This document shows, one piece after another, positions 24,216 to 36,588 of a stretch of DNA of 64,000 nucleotides (the first letter of the stretch is position 1; every line of letters starts with the position of its first letter). Where the stretch lies: assembly GCA_963842525.1 (NCBI GenBank), contig CAWJGT010000001.1, forward strand, positions 640,001 through 704,000, in the 5' to 3' direction. The notes below the pieces were generated by a model. It was given only the letters and a program-made list of their open reading frames with translations. It searched no databases and was not told the DNA's origin. The position numbers were made by a program, and so were the translations under genes. The DNA is from an uncultured Holophagales bacterium (GTDB taxonomy: Bacteria > Acidobacteriota > Thermoanaerobaculia > Multivoradales > UBA5704).

Positions 24216-24231
24216 TTCAAGCGAGGCTTCT

Positions 24232-24945
24232 ATGAAAAGAGAGAGATTCTGGGTGGTCGCTGTAGCGATGGCGTTGGCAGCGCGTAGCGAGCCGGCGTTC
24301 AGTATCGTTAATGGAGGATCGGCCGTGTTGGCGGACTTCCCGGCGATTGGCTCTTTCGGATCAGGGAACGGCGAGTCTTGCACTTCAGTGCTGGTAGGCC
24401 CTCAAGCTCTGCTTACGGCGGCTCACTGTGTGGACTCCTGCGGGAAGGGAATTGCGCGGTTTACCAGCACGGCGGGCCAAGCAGCGCGTGAGGCATTCTG
24501 TACCGTTGCGCTCGACCTCGACCTTGCCGTCTGCCTCTTGAATTCAAAAATCGAGAATATACTGGCTGAACGCCTCAACAGTAAGAACGCTCCAAGTGTT
24601 GGCGGCCAACTGCTCTTGGCAGGTTTCGGTTGTGATGGCTCTCCTGGGAGTAGTGGCCCCTTCCGCACGGGAGCCACTAAGATCATATCCTTTGCCGACG
24701 ACGACATCAGAATCGGCCAAGGAGCTTTCCTCTGCGGAGGAGATAGCGGTGGCCCGGCGTATCTCCTTCAGTCTGCGACAGACCCTACTGGTCCGCGTGT
24801 CGTGGCGGGTATCAATGACAACGACTTGGATGTAACGAATGTCACCATGACCGCGGCCAGGGACTTCTTGCGCGGTTGGACAGAGAAGCATCCGGAAGCC
24901 ACAATCTGCGGGTTCACTCCAGGCGCCCAAGGCTGCCGGGACTGA
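24232..24945 (+). CDS. Secreted trypsin-like (S1) serine protease
   Basis: Signal peptide then IVNG; LTAAHC, DLA, GDSGGP catalytic triad. Confidence 0.9.
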   Translation: MKRERFWVVAVAMALAARSEPAFSIVNGGSAVLADFPAIGSFGSGNGESCTSVLVGPQALLTAAHCVDSCGKGIARFTSTAGQAAREAFCTVALDLDLAVCLLNSKIENILAERLNSKNAPSVGGQLLLAGFGCDGSPGSSGPFRTGATKIISFADDDIRIGQGAFLCGGDSGGPAYLLQSATDPTGPRVVAGINDNDLDVTNVTMTAARDFLRGWTEKHPEATICGFTPGAQGCRD

Positions 24946-25151
24946 GCGCGTGCCATGAGCTTGCATGAAGTATAGGAGGCCGGCCGCTCGTTCTTCCAAG
25001 CCACTTGGCGAAGGCCCGCGTGGTTCTCGCCCACTCCCGGCGCAGAGGAAGATCTTGAAGGGGAGGCCAGCGGCACCTCGTGCCGGTGCCCCGGACGCGG
25101 AGGCCCTGTTCCTCGGCTTCGGCGGGCGGCTCGGCTTTCGGTTGGCGGGCC

Positions 25152-25511
25152 AGGGCCGGGCCGGGGCCTGCTGCGAGCAGGGAATACGGGTTGAGAGTGC
25201 CGCCCGACGGCGGGTAGATGCCGTAGTGGAAGTGAGGCAACGTGGTTGCGCATTGCCGGAGTTTCCGACGTAGCCGATCACCGTGCCGGCCTCGACCCAC
25301 TGCCCTTGGCGCACATCACCCCAGCGTTCCAGGTGCGCGTAGTAGTGCCGCCATCCGGCCGGCCCGGACGCCCATACCGTGATGCCCCCCAGCCCATTCG
25401 TCCCCAGGCCGGAGACATACCCTTCCGTCGCCGACAGGACCGGCGTGTTCTACTTCGCGAAGATGTCGATCCCCTCATGCTGCCGCCCGCCGCTGCGCGG
25501 ATCTCCGTAGC
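25152..25511 (-). pseudogene. M23 peptidase fragment, copy 1
   Basis: HEGIDIFAK followed by an in-frame stop; [10 protein letters not shown]; PHFHYG; direct repeat of 26509-26872. Confidence 0.75.
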
Positions 25512-25590
25512 CCAACGGTGGCGTGCTCAGGGACCAGGGCTTGATGCAGACTCCTGTAATTTTCCAAGAATGTAGGCATTTGGGAGACAC

Positions 25591-26460
25591 GTGACGCTGA
25601 TCATCCCTGAGCAGCTTGCCGCCACGTGCCGCCGAACGCCTGAGCGCCGCACCTGGCTCGAACTGCTGCCTAACACCATCCGCGAGCTGCAAGACAGGTG
25701 GTCGTTGTCGCTGGGCGCCCCTTTCGACGGTAACGAGGTGAGCTGCGCTTGGGTCGCGCCCGCCGTGCGCAGAGACGGGACCCGCGCCGTTCTCAAGCTT
25801 GGAATGCCGCACATGGAAGGAGAGCACGAGATCCAGGCCCTGCGTTTCTGGGAAGCTGGTCCAACGGTGCGCCTGCTCGAAGCCGATGACGATCTCAACG
25901 CGATGCTGCTCGAGCGTTGCGAGCCTGGAACGGCGCTCCGCCATCTGCCGGAGCCTGAACAGGATGTGATCCTTGCGGGTCTCCTCCGCCGTCTCTGGCG
26001 CATGCCGGCAGCGCCATACCCCTTCCGTCCTCTCTCTGCCATGATCGCTCACTGGGCGAACGAGACGATCGCGGACTTTGCCAGATGGCCAGATGCGGGG
26101 CTGGTCCAGGAAGGCCTCCGCCTCTTCGAGGAGCTGCCGCGTACGTCACCCGACGACGTGTTGCTTGCCACCGATCTGCACGCGGGCAACGTCCTGCAAG
26201 CGCAGCGAGAGCCATGGCTCGTCATCGACCCCAAACCTTTCGTTGGGGTATCTGCGTATGACGCAACCCAACATCTCCTCAACTGCGAAGCGCGGATGCG
26301 CGCAGATCCGGCTGCAACGATACGCCGCTTCGCCGACCTCCTCGAAGTCGACGACGAGCGCATCCGGCTGTGGCTGTTCGCACGCTCAGCCGCGGAGCCC
26401 CGTGACACCTGGGACGACGACTCACTCGCCCTGGCGAGGAGGCTCGAAACCGTGAGCACC
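25591..26460 (+). CDS. APH(6)/hydroxyurea-resistance-like kinase (native stop lost; ORF reads to 26871)
   Basis: AVLKL, MLLER, DLHAGNVL, WLVIDPKP. Confidence 0.8.
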
Positions 26461-26508
26461 GGGCATGTACGTTCGTGGGGTGTTACATCTAGGACCCTGC
26501 AGCCGAAG

Positions 26509-27048
26509 AGGGCCGGGCCGGACCTGCTGCGAGCAAGGGATACGGGTTCAGAGTGCCGCCCGACGGCGGGTAGATGCCGTAGTGGAGGTGCGGCGACGGC
26601 GGGCTGCGGCATTGCCGGAGTTTCCGACGTAGCCGATCACCGTGCCGGCCTCGACCCACTGCCCTTGGCGCACATCACCCCAACTTTCCAGGTGTGCGAA
26701 GCAGTGCTGCCATCCGGCTGGCCCGTTGACCGTATCCGCCACGTTCTCCGGAACCCGTTCGTTCCCAGGCCGGAGATATACCCTTCCGTCGCCGACAGGA
26801 CCGGCGCGTTCCGCTTCGCTAACATGTTGATTCCCTCATGCTGCCGCCCGCCGTTGCGCGGATCGCCGTAGCTGTCCCACAACCGTCCCTTGGCCACACC
26901 CACCACCGGGATTGGTAGCGACTCTGGCGGCGGCTGCGAGAGCAGCTCGTAATAGCGCGGGTCGAGGAGGGGGCATCGTCACGCAGGCTCCGGCGAGGAC
27001 GAGCAGAGGGAGGAAAGCGAGGGCGGCGGAGTGCTTCAGACGTCTCAT
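26509..27048 (-). pseudogene. M23 peptidase lipoprotein, copy 2, frameshifted
   Basis: Signal with LAGAC; HEGINMLA; [10 protein letters not shown]; PHLHYG in different frames. Confidence 0.75.
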
Positions 27049-27151
27049 GGCAGCCTGAATAACAGTCCTTCCGCCGAAGCTCTTCCCAACGGCTGGGCTC
27101 AACCCTCTCTCTTTTCTGGGCGGGCGCAGAGATTGCCCTGACAGGCCTCGA

Positions 27152-28996
27152 TCAAGCCGGCGATCTCGCGCGGCGCGAGCTGCGCGAAGTCATAACTGGC
27201 CTCCCCTGCCGCTGCCACGTCGATGTCCTGCGCCAGGTACGAGGCGAGGGCGCTGCACCTCGTCGCGTACCGCCACGGCCACCCTTTGCTGGCCGGGGGA
27301 AAAGGCGCAAGGTCAGGTCGTAGAGGAAGTACTGCCCGTAGGCGATGAGCATCTTCTGGCGTGGCACCGTCACCGGCACTTCGACCTGCCGCACCGGCGA
27401 CGGCTCACCCCCTGCGGGGCTGGTCACCACCAGCAGCCGCAGCTTGCCGGCGAAAGCCTCGCCGCTGGGCACCAGGGAGAGGCGGAAGAGCGGGATGTGC
27501 AGGTGCAGACTGCATGGCGACCATGCCGTCGCCAGCGTCGGTGCCATCGCCGGACTCGAGGCCGACGTCCAACGGGTTGTCGGCGAAGCCGTGCATCAGC
27601 GCCGCCAGCGTGCGGTCGATCGTCTGCTCGATCGGCGGCTTGTCGCGGTAGTTGCGACGGTAGTCGAGCCGCGCGCCGGGGCGCGACAGCCGCACCTCGA
27701 TGCGGTGCTCCTTGCCGTCGCCCTGGTGCGTGGGGGCAAAGCCGAGGCTGTAGTAGGTCGCGAGCTCCTCCCTGGCGCATGCGGACGAGGTCGGCGCTGT
27801 AGTCGTTGCCGTCGAGCAGCGCGCGGCCGCCTGTTTCGCTGGCGAGGAAGACCAGCGGTTGCTTCAGGTTGCTGGCGAGCGTCGAGCTCACCGCCTGCAG
27901 CTCCAGCAGCCGCTCGTCAGGCCCCAGGCTGGCGCCGCCGCCCGCCTGCAGGCCGCTCGCCTGCAGGGTATAGAGGCTGACCCCCTGAGCGTTGGCGTGG
28001 GCCGCCAAGCGCCGCAGTTCCTCCGTCGATCGAATAGGACTGCACGTCGAGGGCAACGTCGTTGACGTTGCCGGGCTTGGAGTAGCCCAGCGAGTCGACA
28101 GGAGAGAGCTGGTCGCGGATGTACACGCCTTCCCGCGCCGCGCCGCCGCCGCACAGCCCAAAAAAGGCCTGGGCCAGCTCTTCGCCCGGGTTGAGGGGAA
28201 TCCCATCGGTGACGAGGAGCAGGGCCTTGCGTCCGGTCACGCCGGCGAGCGAGTTGACGACGAAGCGGAGCCGGCCGAGGGTCCGCAGCGCGTCGGCGCG
28301 CATCGCCTTGGCGTAGTCGCGCACGTGCGCCGCCACGCTGGAACCGCAGTAGCCGCCCTGCTTTGCGTGGACCTCCTGCTCGTTCATCATGGACTCGAAC
28401 GCGCTGCGGCGGGCGGTCTCGGCGTCCAGCGCCTGCCGCCGGCGTCGCTTCGATCTCCGCCAGCACCCGCCCGAGGGCCGCACGGTCGGTGGAGAACGGC
28501 AGCCGCAGCTTCAACCCGAGATCGTCGGACACCACCGAAACGCGGTCGGCGGGCAGCGCAGCAGATGGGCGTTGGCGAAATCGCCCACCTGGCGCAGCAC
28601 GCGGGCGCGGTGCGCCGGCCGGGAGGTGCTGGTCGTCGACGTAGACGAGGAGATGGGTGCCCCCTTCGGCCGGCGTGGAGAAGGCGGCGCGACCGCCTCG
28701 CGGGGAGCGGCCGGGGCAGCGGGAGCCGGCGAGTTGGCCGCCGCCGGCTCGATCGACGCAAAGTGGGTGATCTCGACGGGCTTGCCGTCCTCGAAGAACT
28801 GGAAATCGCGGCGGTCGAGGCCGGCGATCGGCTGGCCGGTGCGGTCGGTCGCCCTCACCTCGATGGTGATCAGGTTGACCTCGACCACTTCGCCAAAGGG
28901 AGGCGGAGCAGGGTCCGCGGGCGGCTTGGCGGCGACGGCCGGCGTCGACGAGGCCAGCAGCAACGGCAGCAGGGTGCAGGAGAGCAGGGTTTTCAC
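27152..28996 (-). pseudogene. Acidobacterial VWFA-related domain protein, many frameshifts
   Basis: FGEVVEVNLITIEVRATDRTGQPI.GL..DF..FEDG, GRKALLLVTDG, LASETGGRA spread over at least 5 frames. Confidence 0.75.
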
Positions 28997-29163
28997 GATC
29001 AGATCCCTCCCAAAGTAAAAGATTCGACTTGTTCCAGACCCTCCATGCAAGGAGGAAACCATACGCTCTCCAGAAGGGATATGCTCCACGGACCGTCCTC
29101 CAGAGCTGACGGCGCGGTCTCTCAGCGGGGACGGCGAGAGACCGCTGCTGCCAGGCGTTTTCG

Positions 29164-29570
29164 CTAGAGCTGTCGCGCCGCGAGATGCGCGGACATGGCG
29201 CGGCGTCCGGCTTCGATCAACGCTTCGAGCCTCTGGCCCTGCATGTCGAACTCGGTCGTGCCATAACCTTTTGCCGGGACCCGGCAGATCTCCTTCTCGT
29301 GGTCCTGGATCAGCATGTTGTCCTGGGACTTGGTCATCGTGTCGACCAGGCGGGAGACGCGCTGGATGGTGGGAGATTCCCTACCGACACCGGCGGCTGA
29401 GGCTGGTTCGGGGCTCCGGGAACCGGCAGGTTCTCGTCGATCAGGAGCCCGAGGTTGCCGGCTCCGGCCGGGTCCGTGCTGCTGCCCATGATTTCCTTCG
29501 TAAAAGCGTCGCTCGTCGCGATCAGCCGGATAGGAAAATTCGAGAGCACGCCGCCGCCGTCCTCGACCGC
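29164..29570 (-). pseudogene. C-terminal remnant of a patatin-like phospholipase
   Basis: DGGGVLSNFP motif and KGYGTTEFD; N-terminus absent. Confidence 0.65.
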
Positions 29571-29593
29571 CTCCTCCGCACGCAGGCGATCCG

Positions 29594-30555
29594 GTGCGCG
29601 ACATGGCTCGCACCATCCAAAGCCGGGGTGTCCACTGGGTCCTGATCGCCGCCCGCGGCAGCTCCGACAACGCGGCCCTGTACGCCAAATACCTGTGGGG
29701 CTCGCGCAACGGTCTCCCGGTCGCACTGGCTGCCCCCTCGCTGTTCACCCTTTATGGCACGCCGCCAAAGCTCCAGGGAGCGCTGGTGGTCGGCATCTCG
29801 CAATCGGGCCAGTCCCCGGACATCGTCAGCGTCCTGGCCGAAGGGTACCGCCAGGGCGTTCCGACCCTGGCGATCACCAACGATCCGTCCTCGCCCCTGG
29901 CCCAGGAAGCGGACCTGGTCCTCGACGCCTGCTCCGGTCCCGAGCAAGCGATCGCCGCCACCAAGACCTACACCACCCAACTCCTCTCGATTGCCCTCCT
30001 GTCCGTGGCGCTGAGAGGTGAGAAGACCGAAGCCATCGAGCGAGTGCCGGAGCTGGTCCAGCAGGCGTTGGCCCTCAACAGCTTCATCGAGCAGGCGACG
30101 CAACAATACCGGCACATGACGCAGTGCTTGGTCCTTGGCCGCGGCTTCAACTATGCGACGGCCTCCGAGTGGTCGCTGAAGCTCAAAAGAGACTCGCCGG
30201 CGTCCTCGCCGAGCCGTACTCCTCCGCCGACCTGCAACATGGTCCGGTAGTCCTCATCACCCAAGGTTTTCCCATCCTCGCCGTCGTGCCCGGCGGGGCG
30301 GTGTTCGAGAACCTCCTGGCGCTGCTCGCATCCCTGGTCGAAAACCGCGGCGCCGAGCTGATCGCCATCTCCGACCAGGACAAGGCGCTGGCCCTGGCAC
30401 GTACCCCGCTGCGCCTGCCCCCCGACCTGCCCGAGTGGCTCAGCCCTGTGGCTGGCATCGTCCCCGCCCAGCTCTTCTGCTACCACCTCACCCGAGCCAT
30501 GGGCCGGGATCCGGAGGCGCCGCGAGGTTTGAGCAAGGTCACACGGACGTGGTGA
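29594..30555 (+). CDS. SIS-domain sugar isomerase (GlmS C-terminal-like), 5'-truncated, frameshift near 30190
   Basis: ARGSSDNA, ISQSGQSPD, AATKTYT, PRGLSKVTRT. Confidence 0.8.
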
Positions 30556-30659
30556 GAGGCCGGGGTCCACGACGGCGCCCGCTCTTCCTGGCGTCCTCTA
30601 TAATGCCGACGGACCTCCGGTAGACCCCAAAGTGAGGCCTCCCGGCGACAGGGGACGGA

Positions 30660-32656
30660 ATGGAACAGGCTCAGCTCAACTGGATCGCCAACTTCATCTG
30701 GGGCATCGCCGACGACGTCCTGCGCGACCTCTACGTGCGCGGCAAGTACCGCGACGTCATCCTGCCGATGACCGTCCTGCGCCGGCTCGACGCCGTGCTC
30801 GAGCCGACCAAGCAGGCCGTGCTCGACATGAAGGCGTCGCTCGACAAGGCCGGGATCGTCAACCAGGACCAGGCCCTGCGACAGGCGGCCGGCCAGGCGT
30901 TCTACAACACCTCGAAGTTCACGCTGCGCGATCTCAAGGCCCGCGCCAGCCAGCAGCAGCTCCAGGCCGACTTCGAGGCCTACCTCGACGGCTTCTCGCC
31001 CAACGTCCAGGACATCCTCGAGAACTTCGAGTTCCGCAACCAGATCCCGCGCCTGTCGAAGGCCGACGCGCTCGGCACGCTGATCGAGAAGTTCCTCTCG
31101 CCGGACATCAACCTCAGCCCGAACCCTGTCCTGCAACGGCGACGGCTCGGTGAAGCACCCCGGCCTCGACAACCACGCCATGGGCACGATCTTCGAGGAG
31201 CTGGTCCGCCGCTTCAACGAGGAGAACAACGAGGAGGCCGGCGAGCACTGGACGCCGCGCGACGCCGTCAAGCTGATGGCGAACCTGATCTTCCTGCCGA
31301 TCGCCGACGAGATCGAGTCCGGCACCTACCTGCTCTACGACGGCGCCTGCGGCACCGGCGGCATGCTGACCGTCGCCGAGGAGACGCTCAAGGAGCTCGC
31401 GCCAGCAGCACGGCAAGCAGGTCGCCACCCACCTCTACGGCCAGGAGATCAACGCCGAGACCTACGCCATCTGCAAGGCCGACCTGCTGCTCAAGGGCGA
31501 AGGCGAGCAGCCGACAACATCGTCGGCGGCCCGGAGCATTCGACGCTCTCGAACGACGCCTTCCCGTCGCGCGAGTTCGACTTCATGCTCTCCAACCCGC
31601 CCTACGGCAAGAGCTGGAAGAGCGACCTCGAGCGCATGGGCGGCAAGGACGGCATCAAGGACCCGCGCTTCGTCATCGAGCACGCCGGCGACGCCGAGTA
31701 CTCGCTCGTCACCCGCTCCAGCGACGGCCAGATGCTGTTCCTGGCCAACATGCTCTCCAAGATGAAGCACGGCACGACGCTCGGCAGCCGCATCGCCGAG
31801 GTGCACAACGGCTCGTCGCTCTTCACCGGCGACGCCGGCCAGGGCGAGAGCAACATCCGCCGCTGGATCATCGAGAACGACTGGCTCGAGGCCATCGTCG
31901 CCCTGCCGCTCAACATGTTCTACAACACCGGCATCGCCACCTACATCTGGGTGCTCACCAACCGCAAGCCCGCGCACCGCCAGGGCAAGGTGCAGCTCAT
32001 CGACGCCACGCAGTGGTTCAAGCCGCTGCGCAAGAACCTCGGCAAGAAGAACTGCGAGCTGTCCGACGAGGACATCCAGCGCATCTGCGACACGTTCCTC
32101 GCCTTCGAGGAGACCGAGCAGTCGAAGATCTTCCCCAACGCCGCCTTCGGCTACTGGAAGGTGACGGTCGAGCGCCCGCTGCGCCGCCGCGGGCATCGAC
32201 CCGGACCGCGCCTACACGCCGAAGGAGATCAAGGCGCTCAAGGAGAGCTGCCGAGCGCGACGAGGCCGCGCCGCCGGTGATCCGGAAGATCCACAAGAAG
32301 GGCGCCGAGGCCGATCCGCTGCGCGGCCTGTTCGCGGTCACGATCGACGGCAAGCCGGCCGTCGTCGAGTACGAGCCGGACCCCGACCTGCGCGACACCG
32401 AGCAGGTGCCGCTGCTCGAGGAGGGCGGCATCGAGGCCTTCCTCCGCCGCGAGGTGCTGCCGCACGCGCCCGACGCCTGGTATCGACCCGGACGAGCGTC
32501 AAGACCGGCTACGAGATCAGCTTCACCCGCTACTTCTACAAGCCGCAGCCGCTGCGCACGCTGGAGGAGATCCGCGCCGACATCCTGGCGCTGGAGAAGG
32601 AGACCGAGGGGCTGCTGGCGGAGATCGTCGGGAGTGGGGGACGGGCGGCCGTATGA
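30660..32656 (+). CDS. hsdM: Type I R-M N6-adenine methyltransferase, several frameshifts
   Basis: NFIWGIADDVLR, GEHWTPRD, YDGACGTGG, SNPPYG, GYEISFTRYFY. Confidence 0.9.
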
Positions 32657-33068
32657 CCGAACTACGCCCATGGGCAGGCTTCGACAGCCTTGTGGACGGG
32701 CTTGTGCAGTTGCAGGTGCAGGCGGGGGCCGCGGCGGCCCGCTCGATCGACGAGATCCTTACGCTGCGCAACTGGTTCATCGGGGCGTGGATCGTCGCCT
32801 ACGAGCAGGAAGGCACCGACAGGGCCCGCTATGGCGAGGGGCTCATTGATGCCTTGGCTGCGGCATTCAAGGCCCGTGGCATTGAAGGGCTCTCGGGGAG
32901 GAACCTCCGGAATTACCGTCAAATCGCCTTGGTCTGGCCGCGGCTGGCGACTCGCCAGATGCCATCGGGCGAGCTTGGCGCACCCGGCCAGATTTGGCAG
33001 ACGTTGTCTGCCGAATCCATGCCCGCCTTACCCACCGGTGGCGAGCTTTTGCCGTGGCAGGACGACGC
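32653..33068 (+). pseudogene. DUF1016/YhcG N-terminal fragment
   Basis: RNWFIGAWIVAYEQEGTDRARYG..GLSGRNLR; ATGA overlap with hsdM; truncated. Confidence 0.75.
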
Positions 33069-35477
33069 CTGCATTTCGCCGTGGACGAGCACGAGGTGCG
33101 GTTCTGCACTCATCTCAAGGGGAAGGAGTCATGGTTCCTCCCCTTCAACCAGGGTTGGAACGACGGCGCAGGCAATCCGCCGAACCCTTACGGATTGAAA
33201 ACCGATTATCTCTGGAAGCGCATCCTCACCCTCGAGGGCCTCACCGACATTCTCGAGAACTACGCCCAGATCGTCGAGACCAAGGACGAGAAAACCGGCA
33301 GGAAAAAGGCGGTGCAGATCTGGCCGCGCTACCATCAGCTCGACGTGGTACGCCAGCTCCTGGCCGATGTCGCGTGGAACGGTGCGGGCAAGCGCTACCT
33401 GATCCAGCACTCGGCAGGGAGCGGCAAATCCAACTCCATTGCCTGGCTCGCCCACCAGCTCATCGGTTTGCGCAAGGACGATGCGGAGGTCTTCGATTCT
33501 ATCCTGGTCGTCACCGATCGGCGCATCCTCGACCAGCAGATTCGGGACACGATCAAGCAGTTCGCCCAAGTGAGCGCTACGGTGGGCCATGCGGAACACT
33601 CGGGAGACCTGCGCCGGCTCATCCAGAGCGGCAAGAAGATCATCATCACCACGGTGCAGAAGTTTCCCTTCGTTCTCGAGGAGATCAGCAAGGAGCGCGA
33701 GCACCGCGGGCGACATTTTGCGATCGTCATTGACGAGGCCCATTCGAGCCAGGGGGGCCGGGCTTCGGCGGCGGTCAGCATGGCGCTCTCGCAAGCCGGC
33801 GCCGAAGAGGACGACGAGACGGCCGAGGACACGATCAACCGGATCATGGAGTCGCGCAAGCTCCTGCCGAACGCGAGCTACTTCGCCTTCACCGCGACGC
33901 CCAAGCCAAAGACGCTCGAGATCTTCGGTGAGCCCTATGAGGCCGAGGGAAAGATCAAGCACAAGCCCTTCCACCCCTACTCAATGAAACAGGCGATCCA
34001 GGAGGGCTTCATTCTCGACGTGCTGCAAAGCTATACGCCGATCGAGAGCTACTACAAGCTGGTCAAGAAGATCGAGGGGGATCCCGAGTTCGACACCAAG
34101 CGGGCGAAGAAAAAACTGCGCCGCTACGTCGAGGGGCACGACCATGCGATCCGGCTCAAGGCCGAGATCATGGTCGACCACTTCCACGAGCAGGTGCTTG
34201 CCCTCAACAGGATCGGCGGCCAGGCGCGGGCAATGGTGGTTACCAGCGGCATCGAGCGGGCCATCCAATACTTCCTCGCCATCCGCGGCTACCTGGTCGA
34301 GCGGAAGAGCCAGCACCGGGCGATTGTCGCCTTTTCCGGCGAGTATGGAGACGAGAAGCTCACCGAGGCCAGCCTCAACGGTTTTCCCAGTAGAGCGATC
34401 CCGGATCGTTTTCGCGAGGACCCGTACCGCTTTCTCGTCTGCGCCGACAAGTTCCAGACCGGCTACGACGAGCCGCTGTTGCACACTATGTATGTGGACA
34501 AGCCCCTGGCCGGGATCAAGGCGGTCCAGACCCTGTCACGGCTGAACCGGGCACATCCCAAGAAGCACGACGTCTTCGTGCTCGATTTCATGAACGATGT
34601 CGACACCATCCAGATGGCGTTCGCCGACTACTATCGGACGACGGTCCTCAGCGAGGAGACCGACCCCGACAAGCTGCACGACCTCCAGGCCGCGCTCGAC
34701 GGCGAACAGGTCTATGCGCAGGACGAGATCGACACCTTGGTCGAGCTCTACCTGGGCGGCGCTGGCCGCGAGCTGCTCGACCCCATCCTGGATTCCTGTG
34801 TCGCCGTCTACCGGGAGCGGCTCGACGAGGACGGGCAGGTCCGATTCAAGGGCGACGCCAAGGCTTTCCTGCGCACCTACGGTTTTCTCGCCTCGATCCT
34901 GCCGTACACCAACGCCGGTTGGGAGAAGCTGTCGATTTTCCTGAGCTTCCTCGTGCCCAAGCTGCCAGCGCCCAAGGAGGACGACCTTTCCAAGGGCATC
35001 CTCGAAGCGATCGACATGGACAGCTACCGGGTCGAAAAGCAGGCCGCGATGCGGATCCAGCTACCGGACACGGACGCCGAGATCGCGCTGGCGCCGACGA
35101 CCGGCGGCGGCCGTAAGCCGGAGCCCGAGCTCGATCGCCTGTCAAACATCCTCAGGGTCTTCAACGATCAGTTCGGCAATATCCCGTGGACCGATGCCGA
35201 CCGCGTGCAGCGTCTGATCACCGAAGACATCCCGGCGCGAGTCGCGGCCGATGCGGCGTATCAGAATGCGAAGCAGAACTCGGACCCGCAGAACGCCCGC
35301 ATCGAGCACGACAAGGCGCTTGCCCGCGTCATGACAGCCGTGCTCAAGGACGACACCGAGCTCTTCAAACAGTTCAGCGACAATGAGTCTTTCCGGCGGT
35401 GGCTGACCGACACAGTGTTCGGAATCACCTACGACCGCCCCGCGGAGGCGGGCCTGGAGCCTCCGCCTGCTCGATAG
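33069..35477 (+). pseudogene. hsdR: Type I R-M restriction subunit lacking most of the N-terminal nuclease domain
   Basis: Begins abruptly at HFAVD; QHSAGSGKS, DEAH, FTATP, KFQTGYD. Confidence 0.85.
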
Positions 35478-35504
35478 CGTTTCTGGCTATGCGCCGGCAC
35501 CAAT

Positions 35505-36172
35505 CTATGCACCCACAACCTCCGCAGCCCGCGGCCGTGGGCGGTACGCGGGCTCGGGGATCTCGGCCAGGCGTGAAGAGTGCACCTGCGGGCCCAAGGC
35601 GTAAAACTGACAGAAGCTCATGACGAGCGGACGCCACGCATCCGGATCGATGCGGTTCTCGTGTCCTGCGAGCAGCAGATGTTCTTCGATGTGGACGCGC
35701 ACAATGCGGACTTCGAGGGCGATCAGATTTCCCTTGCGCGCGGGATCGTTCTCCGCGATCGGATGAGCCTTTTCCAGCACGGCTTCGAGCTGCACCGGGC
35801 ATTCACGAATCCGCGGTGGTGCGACGATCTCTGACTCGTCGGACGTCAGCCCCGCCACGCCGAGCTTGTCCGGTTCGTACTGATATCCCATCGCCACCTT
35901 GTGGGGTGGCACCGGGTTCGATCCGGTGAGCCGGGCCAGCCGATCGACGGCTGCAACCTGATCGACCGACGGCAGGTTCAGCACGCACTCTCCCGTCCGC
36001 AGGATGTTCGCCGGCGTCTTCGATCGCGCTCCGAATCCCAGCAGGCAGCTCCACCCGAGCCACCACGCAGAAGACATCGGCGCCACGTTGGGTGATCCAT
36101 CCTCGTTGAGCGAGCTCACCAGCACCACCGGTGTGCCGAAGTAGAGGATCGCCGGTTCGATCCCCCCGGCAT
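35505..36172 (-). CDS. Flavin reductase (DIM6/NTAB) family protein
   Basis: IEPAILYFGTPVVLVSS, NVAPMSS, RIRECPVQLE; start ATG offset by a homopolymer indel. Confidence 0.85.
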
Positions 36173-36173
36173 C

Positions 36174-36545
36174 TCAGGATGAATAGGGAGCGGCGGTCTC
36201 GTCCAGCGTGTCGAAGATCACCTCGCTTGGCGGGCCCAGGGGTTGGACGTTGGGGTCGACGCCGGTCAGGTTGCGGACCTGGTCCTTGAACCACAGATCG
36301 AAGGGCCGGATGGAATCGGCATATGCCTGGGCTTTGGCGCTGGGATCCTCGTCGATCTCGGTGACGCCGATCACCATGGGGCCGTGCGGCGTCTCCTGGT
36401 AGTGCCAACTTTCGCGGACGACGCCGAAGCTCTCGTAGAACTCCTTCGCCTCCTGGCGGCGTGGGCCGGCCATCTCGGCGGCGAGCTTGCGGATGTCCTC
36501 TTCCTTGCCTGGGAGCACGGGGTACACGCGGACGATGAGCGGCAT
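36174..36545 (-). CDS. Hypothetical protein (DUF6176-like)
   Basis: 123 aa, strong RBS GGAGG, ends abutting the flavin reductase start. Confidence 0.65.
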   Translation of the reverse strand: MPLIVRVYPVLPGKEEDIRKLAAEMAGPRRQEAKEFYESFGVVRESWHYQETPHGPMVIGVTEIDEDPSAKAQAYADSIRPFDLWFKDQVRNLTGVDPNVQPLGPPSEVIFDTLDETAAPYSS

Positions 36546-36588
36546 GAAGATCCCTCCTTCGTGATTGACAGGATTCTAGCAGCAGAAG

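Noticed and set aside
26460-26871. C-terminal extra domain on the APH(6)-like kinase
   Set aside because: It is antisense M23 pseudogene sequence read through after stop loss
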